DNA from: Octopus vulgaris | Taxonomy: Eukaryota | Direction: 5' to 3' | NCBI GenBank assembly: GCA_951406725.2 | Contig: OX597818.1 | Location: forward strand, 129,208,001 to 129,272,000 | Length of the DNA stretch: 64,000 bases | In this document: positions 51,160 to 63,770 of the stretch, in pieces | Numbering within the stretch: position 1 is the stretch's first letter | How the letters are laid out: each line of letters starts with the position of its first letter | Notes under the pieces: generated by a model | The model's input: only the letters and a program-made list of their open reading frames with translations | What the model was told of the DNA's origin: nothing | Database searches by the model: none | Program-made: the position numbers and the translations under genes

Positions 51160-51200
<41 letters not shown>
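50715..51200 (-). mobile_element. Family F repeat
   Basis: Collinear with 39760-40760. Confidence 0.7.
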
Positions 51201-51207
<7 letters not shown>

Positions 51208-51221
51208 CCCTCTTTCCCTTT

Positions 51222-51348
51222 TTCTCTTACAGAAAACGACTTCCAGGCTGAATTCCAAAGGTGGCAGATATGTTGGGACCAATGTATTTCTGCACAAGGC
51301 GACTATTTTGAAGGAAACATAACTAGTCCTGGAACTTTTTGATACCAC
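51222..51348 (+). mobile_element. Mariner 3' end (transposase C-terminus plus TIR)
   Basis: LTENDFQAEFQRWQICWDQCISAQGDYFEG; TIR actagtcctggaactttttgataccac is complementary to 44171-44197. Confidence 0.85.
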
Positions 51349-51537
51349 TGAAGAAGAAACTTTGTAGTGCAATCTACAGAGTAAAGATATGTTGTTTGAT
51401 GCTTCTGTTAGTTCATATACCTTGCCTATACTTGCACTTACAAATTAAGACAGACCAATCTAGTTGTATCCGTGCTTCTGTTATATCATATATACTTAAA
51501 GCTAATGTTCTTTCTAAGTCTGAAAAAATGTGTAACT

Positions 51538-51576
51538 GATCTCTGATGAAGTTAAAATACTGAAACTAGCCACATT
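51538..51576 (+). ncRNA. Degenerate minimal hammerhead motif
   Basis: gatct-CTGATGA-agt(taaaat)act-GAAA-CTAG-CC-acatt; needs GCC>GTC and one helix I repair to be canonical. Confidence 0.4.
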
Positions 51577-51853
51577 GTTTTCTTGGTTCAGAGAAAAGGA
51601 AAGATATATTTTAACCAATAATGTTTCTGTCTTGTGTCTCTATTTATATCTACTTCCTTCTCTTCAAGTACACACACACACACAAACAGACACGCACACA
51701 CACACACACATCAAATAGATAGACCCACTCACCAACTGAAAAAGTACACAAATTATCAAAGTCTTCAATGATTCAATGTTAATAACAAAAGGCAAAGTAA
51801 GATAAATATTTCTATTACCATATGATCATAAAAAATTCTGCTAAATGTGAATG

Positions 51854-51903
<50 letters not shown>

Positions 51904-51927
51904 TGTATGTATGTATGTATGTATGTA

Positions 51928-51962
<35 letters not shown>

Positions 51963-51977
51963 ATGTATGCATGCATG

Positions 51978-52013
<36 letters not shown>

Positions 52014-52146
52014 TATAAATATATATGTACATATATATATGTATATATATATATATGTAGATGTGCTTGTATATATATATTTATATATATATGTGTATAC
52101 GTATATATGCATATATATATATATATATATACATATATACATATAC

Positions 52147-52218
<72 letters not shown>

Positions 52219-52582
52219 GTATATATATGGTATCTAAAGATGAGAGCAGAGAAAATAAATATTAATAGTTAGTGCAGAAAATAGCTATAGTTAAGGTAAA
52301 TTAATGCATGATATGCTTGTCGAGTACTAACACAACAATGATTAATATAATTATTTATTAAGAAAACCACTGTGGAAATTACTGTACCAGTGCTATATTA
52401 AATATATTAGTTTTGAAATGGTGTTGTTTATAGACAGGTGAATATTGATGAAGTAGACATGTAATCAAAAGCTTTCCAGTTGTGACCATCTCTTCTTTTT
52501 AGGAATATCTCACGTATGCCTTTCTCATTTAAGTCTGAAGAATCTGGTTTGGGAAAATTTGGTTGCTATTTGAAGTATGTTG

Positions 52583-52634
<52 letters not shown>

Positions 52635-52804
52635 AGTGAAAGAGGCTTCTTTCAGTTTCTCCCTACCAAATCAAGTCACTCCTGGGAGCTATAATAAAAG
52701 ACATTTGTCCAAGGCTCTATAAAGTGGGGTTAAACCTGAAACCATGTGGTTAGTAAGTGAACTTCTTAACTACACAGCCATGCCTGTACATACACACCCC
52801 ACCC

Positions 52805-52840
<36 letters not shown>

Positions 52841-52842
<2 letters not shown>

Positions 52843-53927
52843 GCTTGCAAGAAATGAAGCCAGTATGCTCCGTTGGATGTGTAATGTCAGTGTTCATACC
52901 CGACAGAGTGTAAGTGCCTTGAGAGAAAAGTTGGACCTAAGAAGCATCAGATGTGGTGTGCAAGTGAGGCGTCTACGCTGGTATGGACACGTAGTAAGAA
53001 TGGATGAAGATAGTTGTGTGAAAAAGTGCCACGCCCTAGCGGTTGAGGGAACCTGTGGAAGAGGTAGACCCAGGAAAACCTGGGACGAGGTGGTGAAGAA
53101 TGACCTTCACGCTTTAGGTATCATCGAGGAAATGACCAGAGACCGAGACCTTTGGAAGTATGGTGTGCGCGAGAAGACCCGGCAGGACACGTGAGGCTAT
53201 AACCCATGGCCCCTACCTGGAACGTAGTCAGTCCACCTGTGCATACCTTCCTTCTTGGGACACTTGTGAAGACCTGTTGAGGCAAGTGAAAATCAAATCA
53301 AATTAAATCAAAATCGATGAACATCAATGGAATTTGTATTTTTGGTGGTACCAGTGCTGGTGGCACGTAAGAGAACCATCCGAACATGGCCGTAGCCAGT
53401 ACCGCATCGACTGGCCTCCGTGCTGTGGGCACGTAACAAACACCATCCGATCGTGGCCGTGCCAGCCTCGCCTGGCCTCCGTGCCAGTGGCACGTTACAA
53501 ACACCATCCGAGCGTGGCCGTTCGCCAGCCTCGTCTGGCACCTGTGTCGGTGGCACATAAAGTACACCATCCGAGCATGGCCGTTCGCCAGCCTCGTCTG
53601 GCACCTGTGTCGGTGGCACATAAAGTACACCATCCGAGTGTGGCCATTCGCCAGCCTCGTCTGGCACCTGTGTCGGTGGCACATAAAGTACACCATCCGA
53701 GCATGGCCGTTCGCCAGCCTCGTCTGGCACCTGTGTCGGTGGCACATAAAAAGCACCCACTACACTCACGGAGTGGTTGGCGTTAGGAAGGGCATCCAGC
53801 TGTAGAAACACTGCCAGATCTGACTGGCCTGGTGCAGCCTTCGGGCTTCCCAGACCCCAGTTGAACCGTCCAACCCATGCTAGCATGGAAAGCGGACGTT
53901 AAACGATGATGAGGATGATGATGATGA
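52841..53927 (+). mobile_element. 5'-truncated RTE-clade LINE (ORF C-terminus 52841-53194 plus 3' UTR)
   Basis: EASMLRWMCNVS..RRLRWYGHVVRMDED..GRGRPRKTW..DRDLWK is a typical RTE C-terminus; (GAT)n tail; (TA)n on both sides. Confidence 0.92.
53375..53752. repeat. 63-bp GC-rich tandem repeat in the RTE 3' UTR
   Basis: caccatccgag at 53502, 53565, 53628 and 53691, plus two degenerate upstream units. Confidence 0.95.
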
Positions 53928-53946
53928 TATATATATATATATAATG

Positions 53947-54334
53947 TAAAGTATACTAGCCATCTCAATATGGCTAACCACTAAGGGTGGGTGTTACTGT
54001 AGCTTTTAGCCCCAGGAGATCATCGTCTCCAGCTGGCTTTAGGCACACTTTCTGTGCCCTTATGGTATTTGCAAAGGGAGGTCATCCTTCTCTCGTAAAC
54101 CTAGGTGATATGCACGGACTGCAGTTTCCAGGTATTTGCCTGTCTTACGAGAGAAACTGCAGTCCATGCGTATCACTTAGGTTTACGAGAGAGGGATGAC
54201 CTCCCTTTGCAAATACCATAAGGGCACAGAAAGTGTGCCTAAAGCCAGCTGGAGACGATGATCTCCTGGGGCTAAAAGCTACAGTAACACCCACCCTTAG
54301 TGGTTAGCCATATTGAGATGGCTAGTATACTTTA
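53947..54334. repeat. Long fold-back (182-bp arms, 24-nt loop)
   Basis: 53947-54128 pairs with 54153-54334 with about 5 mismatches; the right arm begins GAAACTGCAGTC. Confidence 0.92.
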
Positions 54335-54669
54335 TGTTGTCGAGCGGTTACTGTCTACATCTCGTTCAGAGATTTATTATTGCTATATATATACACACAC
54401 ACATACATATATTTATTATTTTATTCCTTTTCTTGTTTGAGTCAGCTGACTGTGGCCATGCTGGAGCACCACCTTGAGGGGTTTTAGTTGAACAAATCGA
54501 CCTCAGGACTTATTTTATCAATATCTTTTACTGAACTGCCCATGTTATGGGGACTTAAACACACCAACACCGACTGTCAAGTGGTAATGGGGGACATATA
54601 CAGACACAAAGATACACACATAAAATATATACACATACAAACATACATACATGCATATATATATATATA

Positions 54670-55571
54670 TCTACTATATATGTGGGAAATTCTGTCTGTG
54701 GGTGTGTTTGTGGAGTTGTTAGCTAACTCTTCCTACATTGTTTTATCGATTTTGATGAAACTTGACACATGAGTAGAACTCATGTCTGGAAACCTTATGG
54801 CATACTCAGATTGTTGAAAAAAGTCGATAATAGAGCCCCTGGAAGGCATCCTTATATATATCTAAGATACTTCATATTAATAGCCAAGGGAAATAACTAA
54901 TTCGCCCAGATTTTAACAAAGGGAAATAATGCATTCATTTTCCTAAATCATTTGGTATAAATCAAATTCAGTACACTTATTTCTTAGTATTTAAACTGTT
55001 AGTGTTATTTTTTGCAATTTATCCAGTACAACCCTTAAACAAGTAAATAGTATTTTCCTAAACAATAGATCCACTTATTTAGGTTAGTGACTTATTCACA
55101 AAAAACTAACACTAGTGCCACTGAGGGTAATATTCTCTGGGAATGCACAAAAGCCCTTTTCAGAGTTATTTACTTTGAATTGTTATTATCTCATATCTGA
55201 TTAGTTTGTTATTATGTAACATACTTCACGATTTTAGTATATATACCTTATTAGTATTTCCTCCTAAGTTCTATATACTCTGGGAACACATTAAAACCCT
55301 TTTCAGGGCTACATTATTTGAATTCTTACTATCAGGTAACTAATTTCATATTATTACATAACTGACTTCACAATTTGGTATTCATAACTTATTGGGAATT
55401 CCTAAAAACAAAATCCTGTGTAAGATAGTTCAGTATTCTCTGTAAATGCACAAAAACCGTTTTAAGAGTTACATACTTTGTATTGTTGGTATTGGATTAG
55501 CAAAACAATTATGAGAATGGATCAAAGGGATAAGCCCTGCTTTTCCAGGAATTACCAGGTACGTCAGCTAG
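54670..55571 (+). mobile_element. Non-autonomous Helitron inserted in the internal (TA)n of a family A SINE
   Basis: Starts TCtactata, ends ...aggtacgtcagCTAG; atcgattttgatgaaactt core; three ~150-bp internal repeats; SINE halves at ~54415-54650 and ~55600-55740. Confidence 0.65.
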
Positions 55572-55769
55572 AATATATATATATATACACACACATATAT
55601 ATACAATGGACTCCTTTCAGTTTCTGTCTACCAAATTGTTTGACTTAAGGCTATAGTAGAAGACACTTGTCCAAGGTATAATGCAATGGGACTGAACCCA
55701 AAACCACGTGGTTAGTAAGTAAGTTTCTTAACACACACACATATATTTGTGTGCGCTTCCAACTTGTTA

Positions 55770-56132
55770 ATGTGTAAACATGTCGCATACCTGGCACCCG
55801 TGCTGGTGGCATGTAAAAAGCACCTTTCGGGTGTTGGGCCTCATGGAGGCAATGACAAATGACTGCAACATTTGGCAATATGCTGCGCTTGAGAAAGAAG
55901 ATCCAGCAAGCTGAGTGAAATCACAGTTGTGGCAGATATTGGTGTCATGCAACTGGCACCTATGCTAGTAGCATGTAAAAGCACCCATTACACTCTTGGC
56001 GTTAGGAAAGGCATCCAACTGTAGAAACCATGCCAAATCAAACTGGAATCTGGTACAACCCCTCAGCTTACCAGCCCTGGTCAAACTATCCAACCTATGC
56101 CAGCATGGACAGTGGACATTAAATGATGATGA
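55770..56132 (+). mobile_element. RTE-type 3' UTR fragment
   Basis: ggcgttaggaaaggcatcc...ccagcatgga..gacattaaatgatgatgat. Confidence 0.75.
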
Positions 56133-56174
56133 TTACAGTATATTAATTGCTTATAGTAATCAGTCATGCAGCAA

Positions 56175-56520
56175 ACACCAGAGAGTGTATTGTAGATCAA
56201 TCTGAAGGTGGATTTAGCCAGTGTAAGATTACACAAGACCTTGGGATTCCTCTTGCCACAGTCAAACAGAGTGATTGTACAATTCACCAGCAAAGCAAAG
56301 AAATCAACAGCACCCTTCTCAAGTCAACCTGAGCCCTCTGACAGGTGTTTTTGGGCCATTCAGAGGATTGCTGAAAGCACCTGATGTTGCAGAGAAGCTC
56401 CAAATGACTTGGAGTAATTCTGTCTTCTGTGAGGTATCTCCATCAACTTAGCTACTATGGCAGACTGGCCAGAAGGAAACCTCTTCCTCGACCAGAAAAT
56501 ACCTAAAGAAGAAAGGAGAA
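56175..56520 (+). pseudogene. Tc1-type transposase N-terminal relic
   Basis: RECIVDQSEGGFSQCKITQDLGIPLATV and YLHQLSYYGRLARRKPL across frameshifts. Confidence 0.7.
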
Positions 56521-57414
56521 ATAGATCTTTTAAAAATGATGGTGTCTAGTTTTGAGGTGTCTGTGTATTCTATCGAATGCACTAAATGCTTCATTTAAGT
56601 GAACAGTCTGTACTAAGCAAAACAAACACATGGCCAACTGTAATTCTGTAATGATTCATTTTAATATATAATGCAGTCATTCATAGGTTAGAGGAATGCA
56701 TGTTATTAAGACATTGATTTTGTTGCTGAATTACCTTTCTGTCACTAATTCTTACCTGTTTTTATTTAAAAAAGCTTTCTTTCCACTTGTCTTCAACAGT
56801 GCAGAACAATTAGATGATTTGTTGACAAGGAAATGTCAATAAAAGCCACTGCCTATTGTTCCACAATTCTCACGTAAATCCCTCCTTTTCACATAAATAC
56901 ATACATACATACTTAGATATATATAATATTTTAAATGATTTATTTAAATTGCTATTGCATACATATTTCAATAATGGATTTAATATATCTTCATATAATA
57001 AATAACCAGCATTTCTTTGTCAACTGAAATGTAAAGATGTAAAAATGAAAAATAAATCTTTTAAATATTATAAAACACTATTGATTTTTTTTTTGTATAT
57101 GAACTGATCACCTAAGTAAAAAGGTTTTTTCATAATTCACATCTTTTCCATACCGAGTTTCTAAGTTACAGTCAACTGTTTGTTTCTTAAAACAATTTGA
57201 TACATCTTTTCATTGAAATTTAACTACACACACACACACACACACACACACGACATGCCTTGTACAGTTTCTGCACCCTAAAGTCACTCACAAGCATTAT
57301 TTGGCCCAATGCTATAGAAATTATTTGTCCAAGGTGCTGTTGAGAGGGATTGAACTCAAAGACATGTGGTTGTAAAGCAAACCCCCTTAGTCATGCAACT
57401 ATGCATTCACCCAT

Positions 57415-57477
57415 ATGTATGTAAGTATGTATGTATGTATGTATGTATGTATGTATGTATGTATGCACGTATGTATG

Positions 57478-57508
<31 letters not shown>

Positions 57509-57822
57509 GTATGTATGTATGTATGTATGTATGTGTATGTATGTATGTATGTATGTATGTATGTATGTATGTATGTATGTATGTATGTATGTATGTATAT
57601 ATGTATGTGTGTATGTATGTATGTATGTATGTTTGTATGTATGTATGTATGTATGTATGTATGTATGTATGTATGTATGTATGTATGCACTTATGTATGT
57701 ATGTATGTGTGTATGTATGCATGTATGTATGTATGTATGCACGTATGTATGTATGTATGCACTTATGTATGTATGCACTTATGTATGTATGTATGTATGT
57801 ATGTATGTATGTATGTATGCAC

Positions 57823-57853
<31 letters not shown>

Positions 57854-57920
57854 TGTATGTATGCACATATGTATGTATGTATGCACATATGTATGTATGT
57901 ATGCATGTATGCATGTATGT
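57415..57920. repeat. ~500-bp (TATG)n satellite
   Basis: Direct reading; variant units gcac/gcactt. Confidence 0.97.
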
Positions 57921-58568
57921 TAATCAATTAAATTTCCTGAAATTTAAGTTCTAATTTATAAAAATTCACCTTTTTTTTCATGAAATTTGATTGCTTAATT
58001 GTGAAATATTAGAGTTATGAAAGTGCAAAAAGAAACTCCCTTAAATAAATGCCTCCATCCCACTCTGCTCCACATTAATAAGAATAGCAAAACTCAGCTG
58101 AAATGACTAATTACTTATTGAATATTCTAAATATATTCTTGTTATTATCATTATTTTTTTATTATCATATAACATGTACTACATTGATGTAGTATATTTG
58201 TTTGTCTTCCTTCAAATTCTGAAATTTATATTAAAAAGAGATCTACATGCTGTTTATTGTAGTTTCTTTCTTTTTCCTTTTTTTTTTTGAGAGTTAAGTA
58301 CAAAAGACTGTAATTTGAAGTATTCATTAGACATTTTACACAAGGTGATTTTCTTTTTTTTTTTCACTTTCTGCCCTTTTTTTAATATGATTTTTAAACC
58401 TTTAGTTTGAATTTCGATAAAAGATACCAATCTTACTGATTTTATCAATATGAGCATAGAAGTATACAAATTTACACACACACACACACACACATACATT
58501 TATGTGTATATTCCTTCATTTCATCATCATCAATTCATTCATTACTATTGTTGCTGTTGTGGCTGTTG

Positions 58569-58621
<53 letters not shown>

Positions 58622-58624
<3 letters not shown>

Positions 58625-59096
58625 GTGTGAGAGAGCAGTGCATGCCATCAAAGTGACACTGGGGTAAAATATACAAAGTCCAGTATACCCATCATGACTA
58701 CCCATCTGATAAGAGTATACTAGTCACATGCATCACAACCATATGTGTGCGACATGGTGATCTCATATCAAGATAAACAGCGCATGACCTTGCAGGTGGG
58801 GCCCAGTTAGAATTTTCTTCTGGTCAAGTAACCCATCCCACTCAAAAGGTCTCTGAATAAGGGTTGTTTAAGGATTTTGAACGAAACAGCCATGTTTCCA
58901 GAGGTGAATTATTCAAACCCCAAAGAATCCCTCTCAACACATGGCCATGATGCTCCCCCACTACTTCTGCTCGTGATCAGAGATGCACATATTGTCAGCC
59001 ACCAAGGGACATGCTTAACTGGTTAAGGTCAAACAACTGACAAGCAAATCTGTGGTATTGAGCAGAATATTTGCTGTAGCCCATCTTTTATACCAA
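58622..59096 (-). mobile_element. Family D repeat
   Basis: Aligns with 34590-35062; follows (TTA)n. Confidence 0.8.
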
Positions 59097-59121
59097 GCTC
59101 TATAAAAGTTACTTTATTGTA

Positions 59122-60022
59122 TTGGGATGAGGAATAATTCATGAGCATTTCCTTCAAATTCAAAAATGCATGCAGAAATAAAATGCATTGGCAAAAAGTT
59201 TCATGTTATTTGAGAGATAAGGTTTAGCTTGACAGGACAACATGTTTTGATTTTTAAAATTCTATTGATTTTTGTGTATTTTCTGATCATTAATATGGAA
59301 TGTCAAGTGGACAAAACTGAGCATTTTCGACACTATTTGCTTTTTGTATTTGGTTGAGGAATCAAGTCCACCGAAGCAGCTTATAAGATTTATGCTGTTT
59401 ATGGAGAAGGAGCAATGCCTCAGAGTACTGCCTGCCAATGGTTTTTGTGCTTCAGAAATGGGAACGTTAACCTCAAGGACGGATCACAACAACCAACTGA
59501 GTTCAATGAAGAGCAGCTGAATCAACTTCTTCCCAAAAATCCACGTCAGACAACCAGGGAATTGATAGAATAGATGGACTGTGATCAAACAACTGTGGTG
59601 AACCACCTTCACTCAATGGGCAAGGTTCATCGAACTCAATTGGTTGACTGGTGTGTGATCTGTCCTTGAGTTCAGAATTTCCATTTTTGAAGTGTGAAAA
59701 CCAACAGTGGGCAGTACCTTGAAGCATTGCTCCTTCTCCATGTACACCATAAATCTCACAAGCAGCTTCAGGAGCCTTAACACCTTAATTAAATGCAAAA
59801 AGCAAATGGTGTCGAAAATGCTCAGTTTTCTTCACTTGACATTCCATTTTAATGATCTGAAAATACACAAAAATCAACAGAATTTAAAAAAATCAAAACA
59901 CACTATCTTACAGAGCAAGAAACACTCTTTTAAATAACATAAAAACATTTTGCCAATGCGTTTTATTTCTGTGTGCATTTTTAAATTTGAAAGAAATGCT
60001 CATGAATTATTCCTCATCCCAA
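59122..60022. mobile_element. Fold-back mariner derivative made of two inverted 5' halves
   Basis: TIR ttgggatgaggaataattcatgagcattt at both ends; arms 59122-59510 and 59626-60022; from ATG 59295 MECQVDKTEHFRHYLLF..AVYGEGA..WF..FRNGN..NPRQTTREL..TVVNHLHSMGKV. Confidence 0.9.
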
Positions 60023-60934
60023 TCTTTAGTTTTGTCTATCTATAGTCTAAATTCACACCCCAATCTTTGTCATGATCAACATTGCCATTAATCTTTCAGT
60101 GATTGATGTAATGAGTATTAGTATAATTAAATATAATTAAAAGATACTGGACAAGTACTAATTAGTGCTAATGAGTCCTAATTAGTACTAATGAGTACTA
60201 ATTAATTTAGCAAATGAAAGTATATACGTTTAGAATGTATTAAATCTTACTATAGAATATTTGAAGGGTTAGAATTACGAATTATTAGCAAATGTGTAAT
60301 AATGTTTGTTATGAAACAACTGATTTTGAAATGGTTGCCTGAATCCTGTTCTTATAAAAATAACTTCCACTCAAAAAGCCTCATAGCCATCACTTGCAAG
60401 TGTGTATGATTTTTTGGTCCGTGCTTTTGCTAATTGCCTTAGATTTAGATGTTTATGTAGTTGTGAGTTGACACAGACACTCTGATGGATCTCCTCCCTT
60501 TGACCCAGCAGAAAATCCAGGATGTGACAAGTGGAAGGAGAAAAGGTTGCACCAGTACTTGTATGGTGCTCGTTTTCATCTGAGCAGACTGAAGCAACAG
60601 GAAATGAAGCATCTTGCCCAAGAATACTGTACAGTGTCTAGTCCAGAAATTGAACCCATAACCTTAAGATCATGACAGATAAATCCATCTACAACAGTAT
60701 ACTAATTACTCTGTTATAGGTAATTTTTTTTTTCTTGAAGGATTTAATCTTGGTCTTGCAAGCTAATGAAACACTGTTCAGTTCTACATTGCTTTTGTGG
60801 TTCTTTAAATCCCAGTTCAGCTCTGGTACCCAGTAGGTTTATGATCAAAAGCATTCCAGTATGATAATCGTGTCTTTTTTAAGACATGCAGTTTCTCAAT
60901 GCTATTCTCTCAGAAAATGTTTAAGTTAGGAATT

Positions 60935-61290
60935 CATCATCATCATCATCATCATCATCGTTTAACGTCCGTTCTCCATGCTAGCATGGGTTGGACGGTT
61001 CGACTGGGGATCTGGGAAGCCAGAAGGCTGCACCAGGCTCCAGTCTGATCTGGCAGTGTTTCTATGGCTGGATGCCCTTCCTAACACCAACCACTCCATG
61101 AGTGTAGTGGGTGCTTTTTACGTGCCATCTGCACAGGTGCCAGGCGAGGCTGGCAATGGCCATGATCGGAATGGTGCATTTTACATACCACCGGCACGGA
61201 AGCCAGTCAGGGTGGCGCTGGCATCGGCCACGATTTGGATAACGCTTTTTATGTGCCACCGGCACGGAAGCCAGTCTAGGCGGCGCTGTT
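60935..61290 (-). mobile_element. RTE-type 3' UTR fragment with degenerate ~60-bp repeats
   Basis: Related to the reverse complement of the 53.4-53.9 kb UTR. Confidence 0.85.
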
Positions 61291-61954
61291 AGGCAGCAAG
61301 CTGGCAGAATTATTTGCATGCTGAACAAAATACTTCTCAGCATTTCTTTCATCTTTATGTTCTGAGTTCAAATTTCAGTGGGACTACCTTTGACTTTCAT
61401 CCTCTTGGGGGTCAGTAAAATACACACCAGTTGGGTACTGGGATTGATGTAACCAGCGAGCACCCTGCCCCGCCACATGATTTCAGGCCTTGTGCCTATA
61501 GTGGAAAGGATTATTTGGCAGAAGCAGAAGAGCACATGAAAGAAACTCTGTGGTATTCATTACGGTTCCTTATATTCTGTGGCCAAATGCCACTGGTGTC
61601 AACTCTACCTTTCACCCTTTTGGAGTCAATAAAATAAAGTACCAATTACGTACTGGGGTCAATAAAATAATCAAAATTGTTTCTCACCTTACGAAAGTTC
61701 TGGTTTTGTGCCTTTATTAAAAGCAATTATTATGACTATTTTATCCAATGTGTTCTGCCATTTTAAGACAACAAGATGTAATTTGAAGGAGATTTGGATA
61801 CGATTCCTAACAGGTTGAGCAGCAAAGTAGAAACTTCTTCATTGACCACTCATTGTTACTGTTGATGTTGTTTAGTCCAGGTGAACTTTGCTTGTGCAGA
61901 TCTATGATTCAAAGCATTCTAACTGTAACCAACTCACCTTTTTAGAGGGCATTA

Positions 61955-62366
61955 CTCTCTCTCTTTTACTTGTTTCAGTCATTTGACTGTGGCCATGCTG
62001 GAGCACCGCCTTTAGTCGAGCAAATTGACCCCGTGACTTATTCTTTGTAAGCCCAGTACTTATTCTATCGGTCTCTTTTGCCGAACCGCTAAGTGATGGG
62101 GACGTAAACACACCAGCATCGGTTGTCAAGCAATGCTAGGGGGACAAACACAGACACACAAACATATACACACACACTTATATATATATATACATATATA
62201 CGACAGGCTTCTTTCAGTTTCCGTCTACCAAATCCACTCACAAGGCATTGGTCGGCCTGGGGCTATAGCAGAAGACACTTGCCCAAGATGCCACGCAGTG
62301 GGACTGAACCCGGAACCATGTGGTTGGTTAGCAAGCTACTTACCACACAGCCAATCCTGCGCCTAG
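61955..62366 (-). mobile_element. Family A SINE, full length
   Basis: Matches the other family A copies. Confidence 0.9.
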
Positions 62367-62651
62367 GATTACATTTTGGAATGTGTCCTCTTTATTAAGA
62401 TAGCAAGAAATAAATTGGGAAATATTAAGCTGCTATTTCTAGGAGAATAAATTACCATATAGAGACTTCCTAGATGGTTCAACAGTGTAACTGTTTATCA
62501 TAGTGATAATTTATACCTAAAGTTATTTGGACCGATTCACAGAGTGTGTATGTGTGTATTATTTATAATATATATATTATGTATATATAAAAGTGGGTTG
62601 ACAAAAGAAAGGAAGAGGCACTGAATGCATCTAGTAGGAGTTACATATATT

Positions 62652-63048
62652 CTTTTCTACTCAAGGCACAAAGCCCGAAATTTTGGGGGAGGGGACCAGT
62701 CAATTAGATCAACCCCAGTACACAACTGGTACTTAATTTATCGACCCTGAAAGGATAAAAGGCAAAGTTGACTTTGGCAGAATTTGAACTCAATATAATG
62801 ACAGATGAAATACCTATTTCTTTATTACCCACAAGGGGCTAAACACAGAGGGGACAAACAAGGACAGACATAGGTATTAAGTCGATTACATCGACCCCAG
62901 TGCGTAACTGGTACTTAATTTATCGACCCCGAAAGGATGAAAAGGCAAAGTCAACCTTGGCGGAATTTGAACTCACAACGTAATGACAGAGTGAAATACC
63001 GCTAAGCATTTTGCCCGACATGCTAACGTTTCTGCCAGCTCGCCACCT
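62652..63048 (-). mobile_element. Family B SINE heterodimer
   Basis: Two units with different tails; 17-bp TSD taggagttacatatatt (62635-62651, 63049-63065). Confidence 0.88.
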
Positions 63049-63236
63049 TAGGAGTTACATATATTATTATTTAAAACAGTTTAATTCAGCCCCATGCAAC
63101 TTAAGGTCTTGTAGGGTTCTTACAGAAACCTAGTCATTGAACTCAGCCAAATCAGGCCATCTGACTCTGTAGGATAAGTTTCTATAAGAAGCCTATGAAA
63201 CTTTCAGGTGCATAGGGCTGACTCAAACTGTATATG

Positions 63237-63273
<37 letters not shown>

Positions 63274-63337
63274 TGTGTGCATGTGCATGTGTATGTATAT
63301 GTGTGCATATATGTGCAAGTGTACACACACAAACACA

Positions 63338-63556
63338 CTCTTACACTTTTACTCTTTTACTTGTGTCAGTCATTTGACTGCGGCCATGCTGGAGCACCGC
63401 CTTTAGTCGAGCAAATCGACCCCAGAACTTATTCTTTGTAAGCCCAGTACTTATTCTATCAGTCTCTTTTGCCGAACCGCTAAGTGACGGGGACATAAAC
63501 ACACCAGCATCGGTTGTCAGGCAATGCTAGGGGGACAAACACAGACACACAAACAT

Positions 63557-63605
<49 letters not shown>

Positions 63606-63770
63606 TACGACAGGCTTCTTTCAGTTTCCATCTACCAAATCCACTCACAAGGCATTGGTCGGCCCGGGGCTACAGCAGAAGACACTTGCCCAAGATGCCA
63701 TGCAGTGGGACTGAACCCGGAACCATGTTGTTGGTTAGCAAGCTACTTACCACACAGCCACTCCTGCGCC
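63338..63770 (-). mobile_element. Family A SINE, full length
   Basis: Matches the other family A copies. Confidence 0.9.

Noticed and set aside
53298-53886. Repetitive 150-192-aa ORFs and CRISPR-like periodicity
   Set aside because: The 63-bp unit (21 codons) keeps frames open; there are no unique spacers or cas genes; it lies in an RTE 3' UTR
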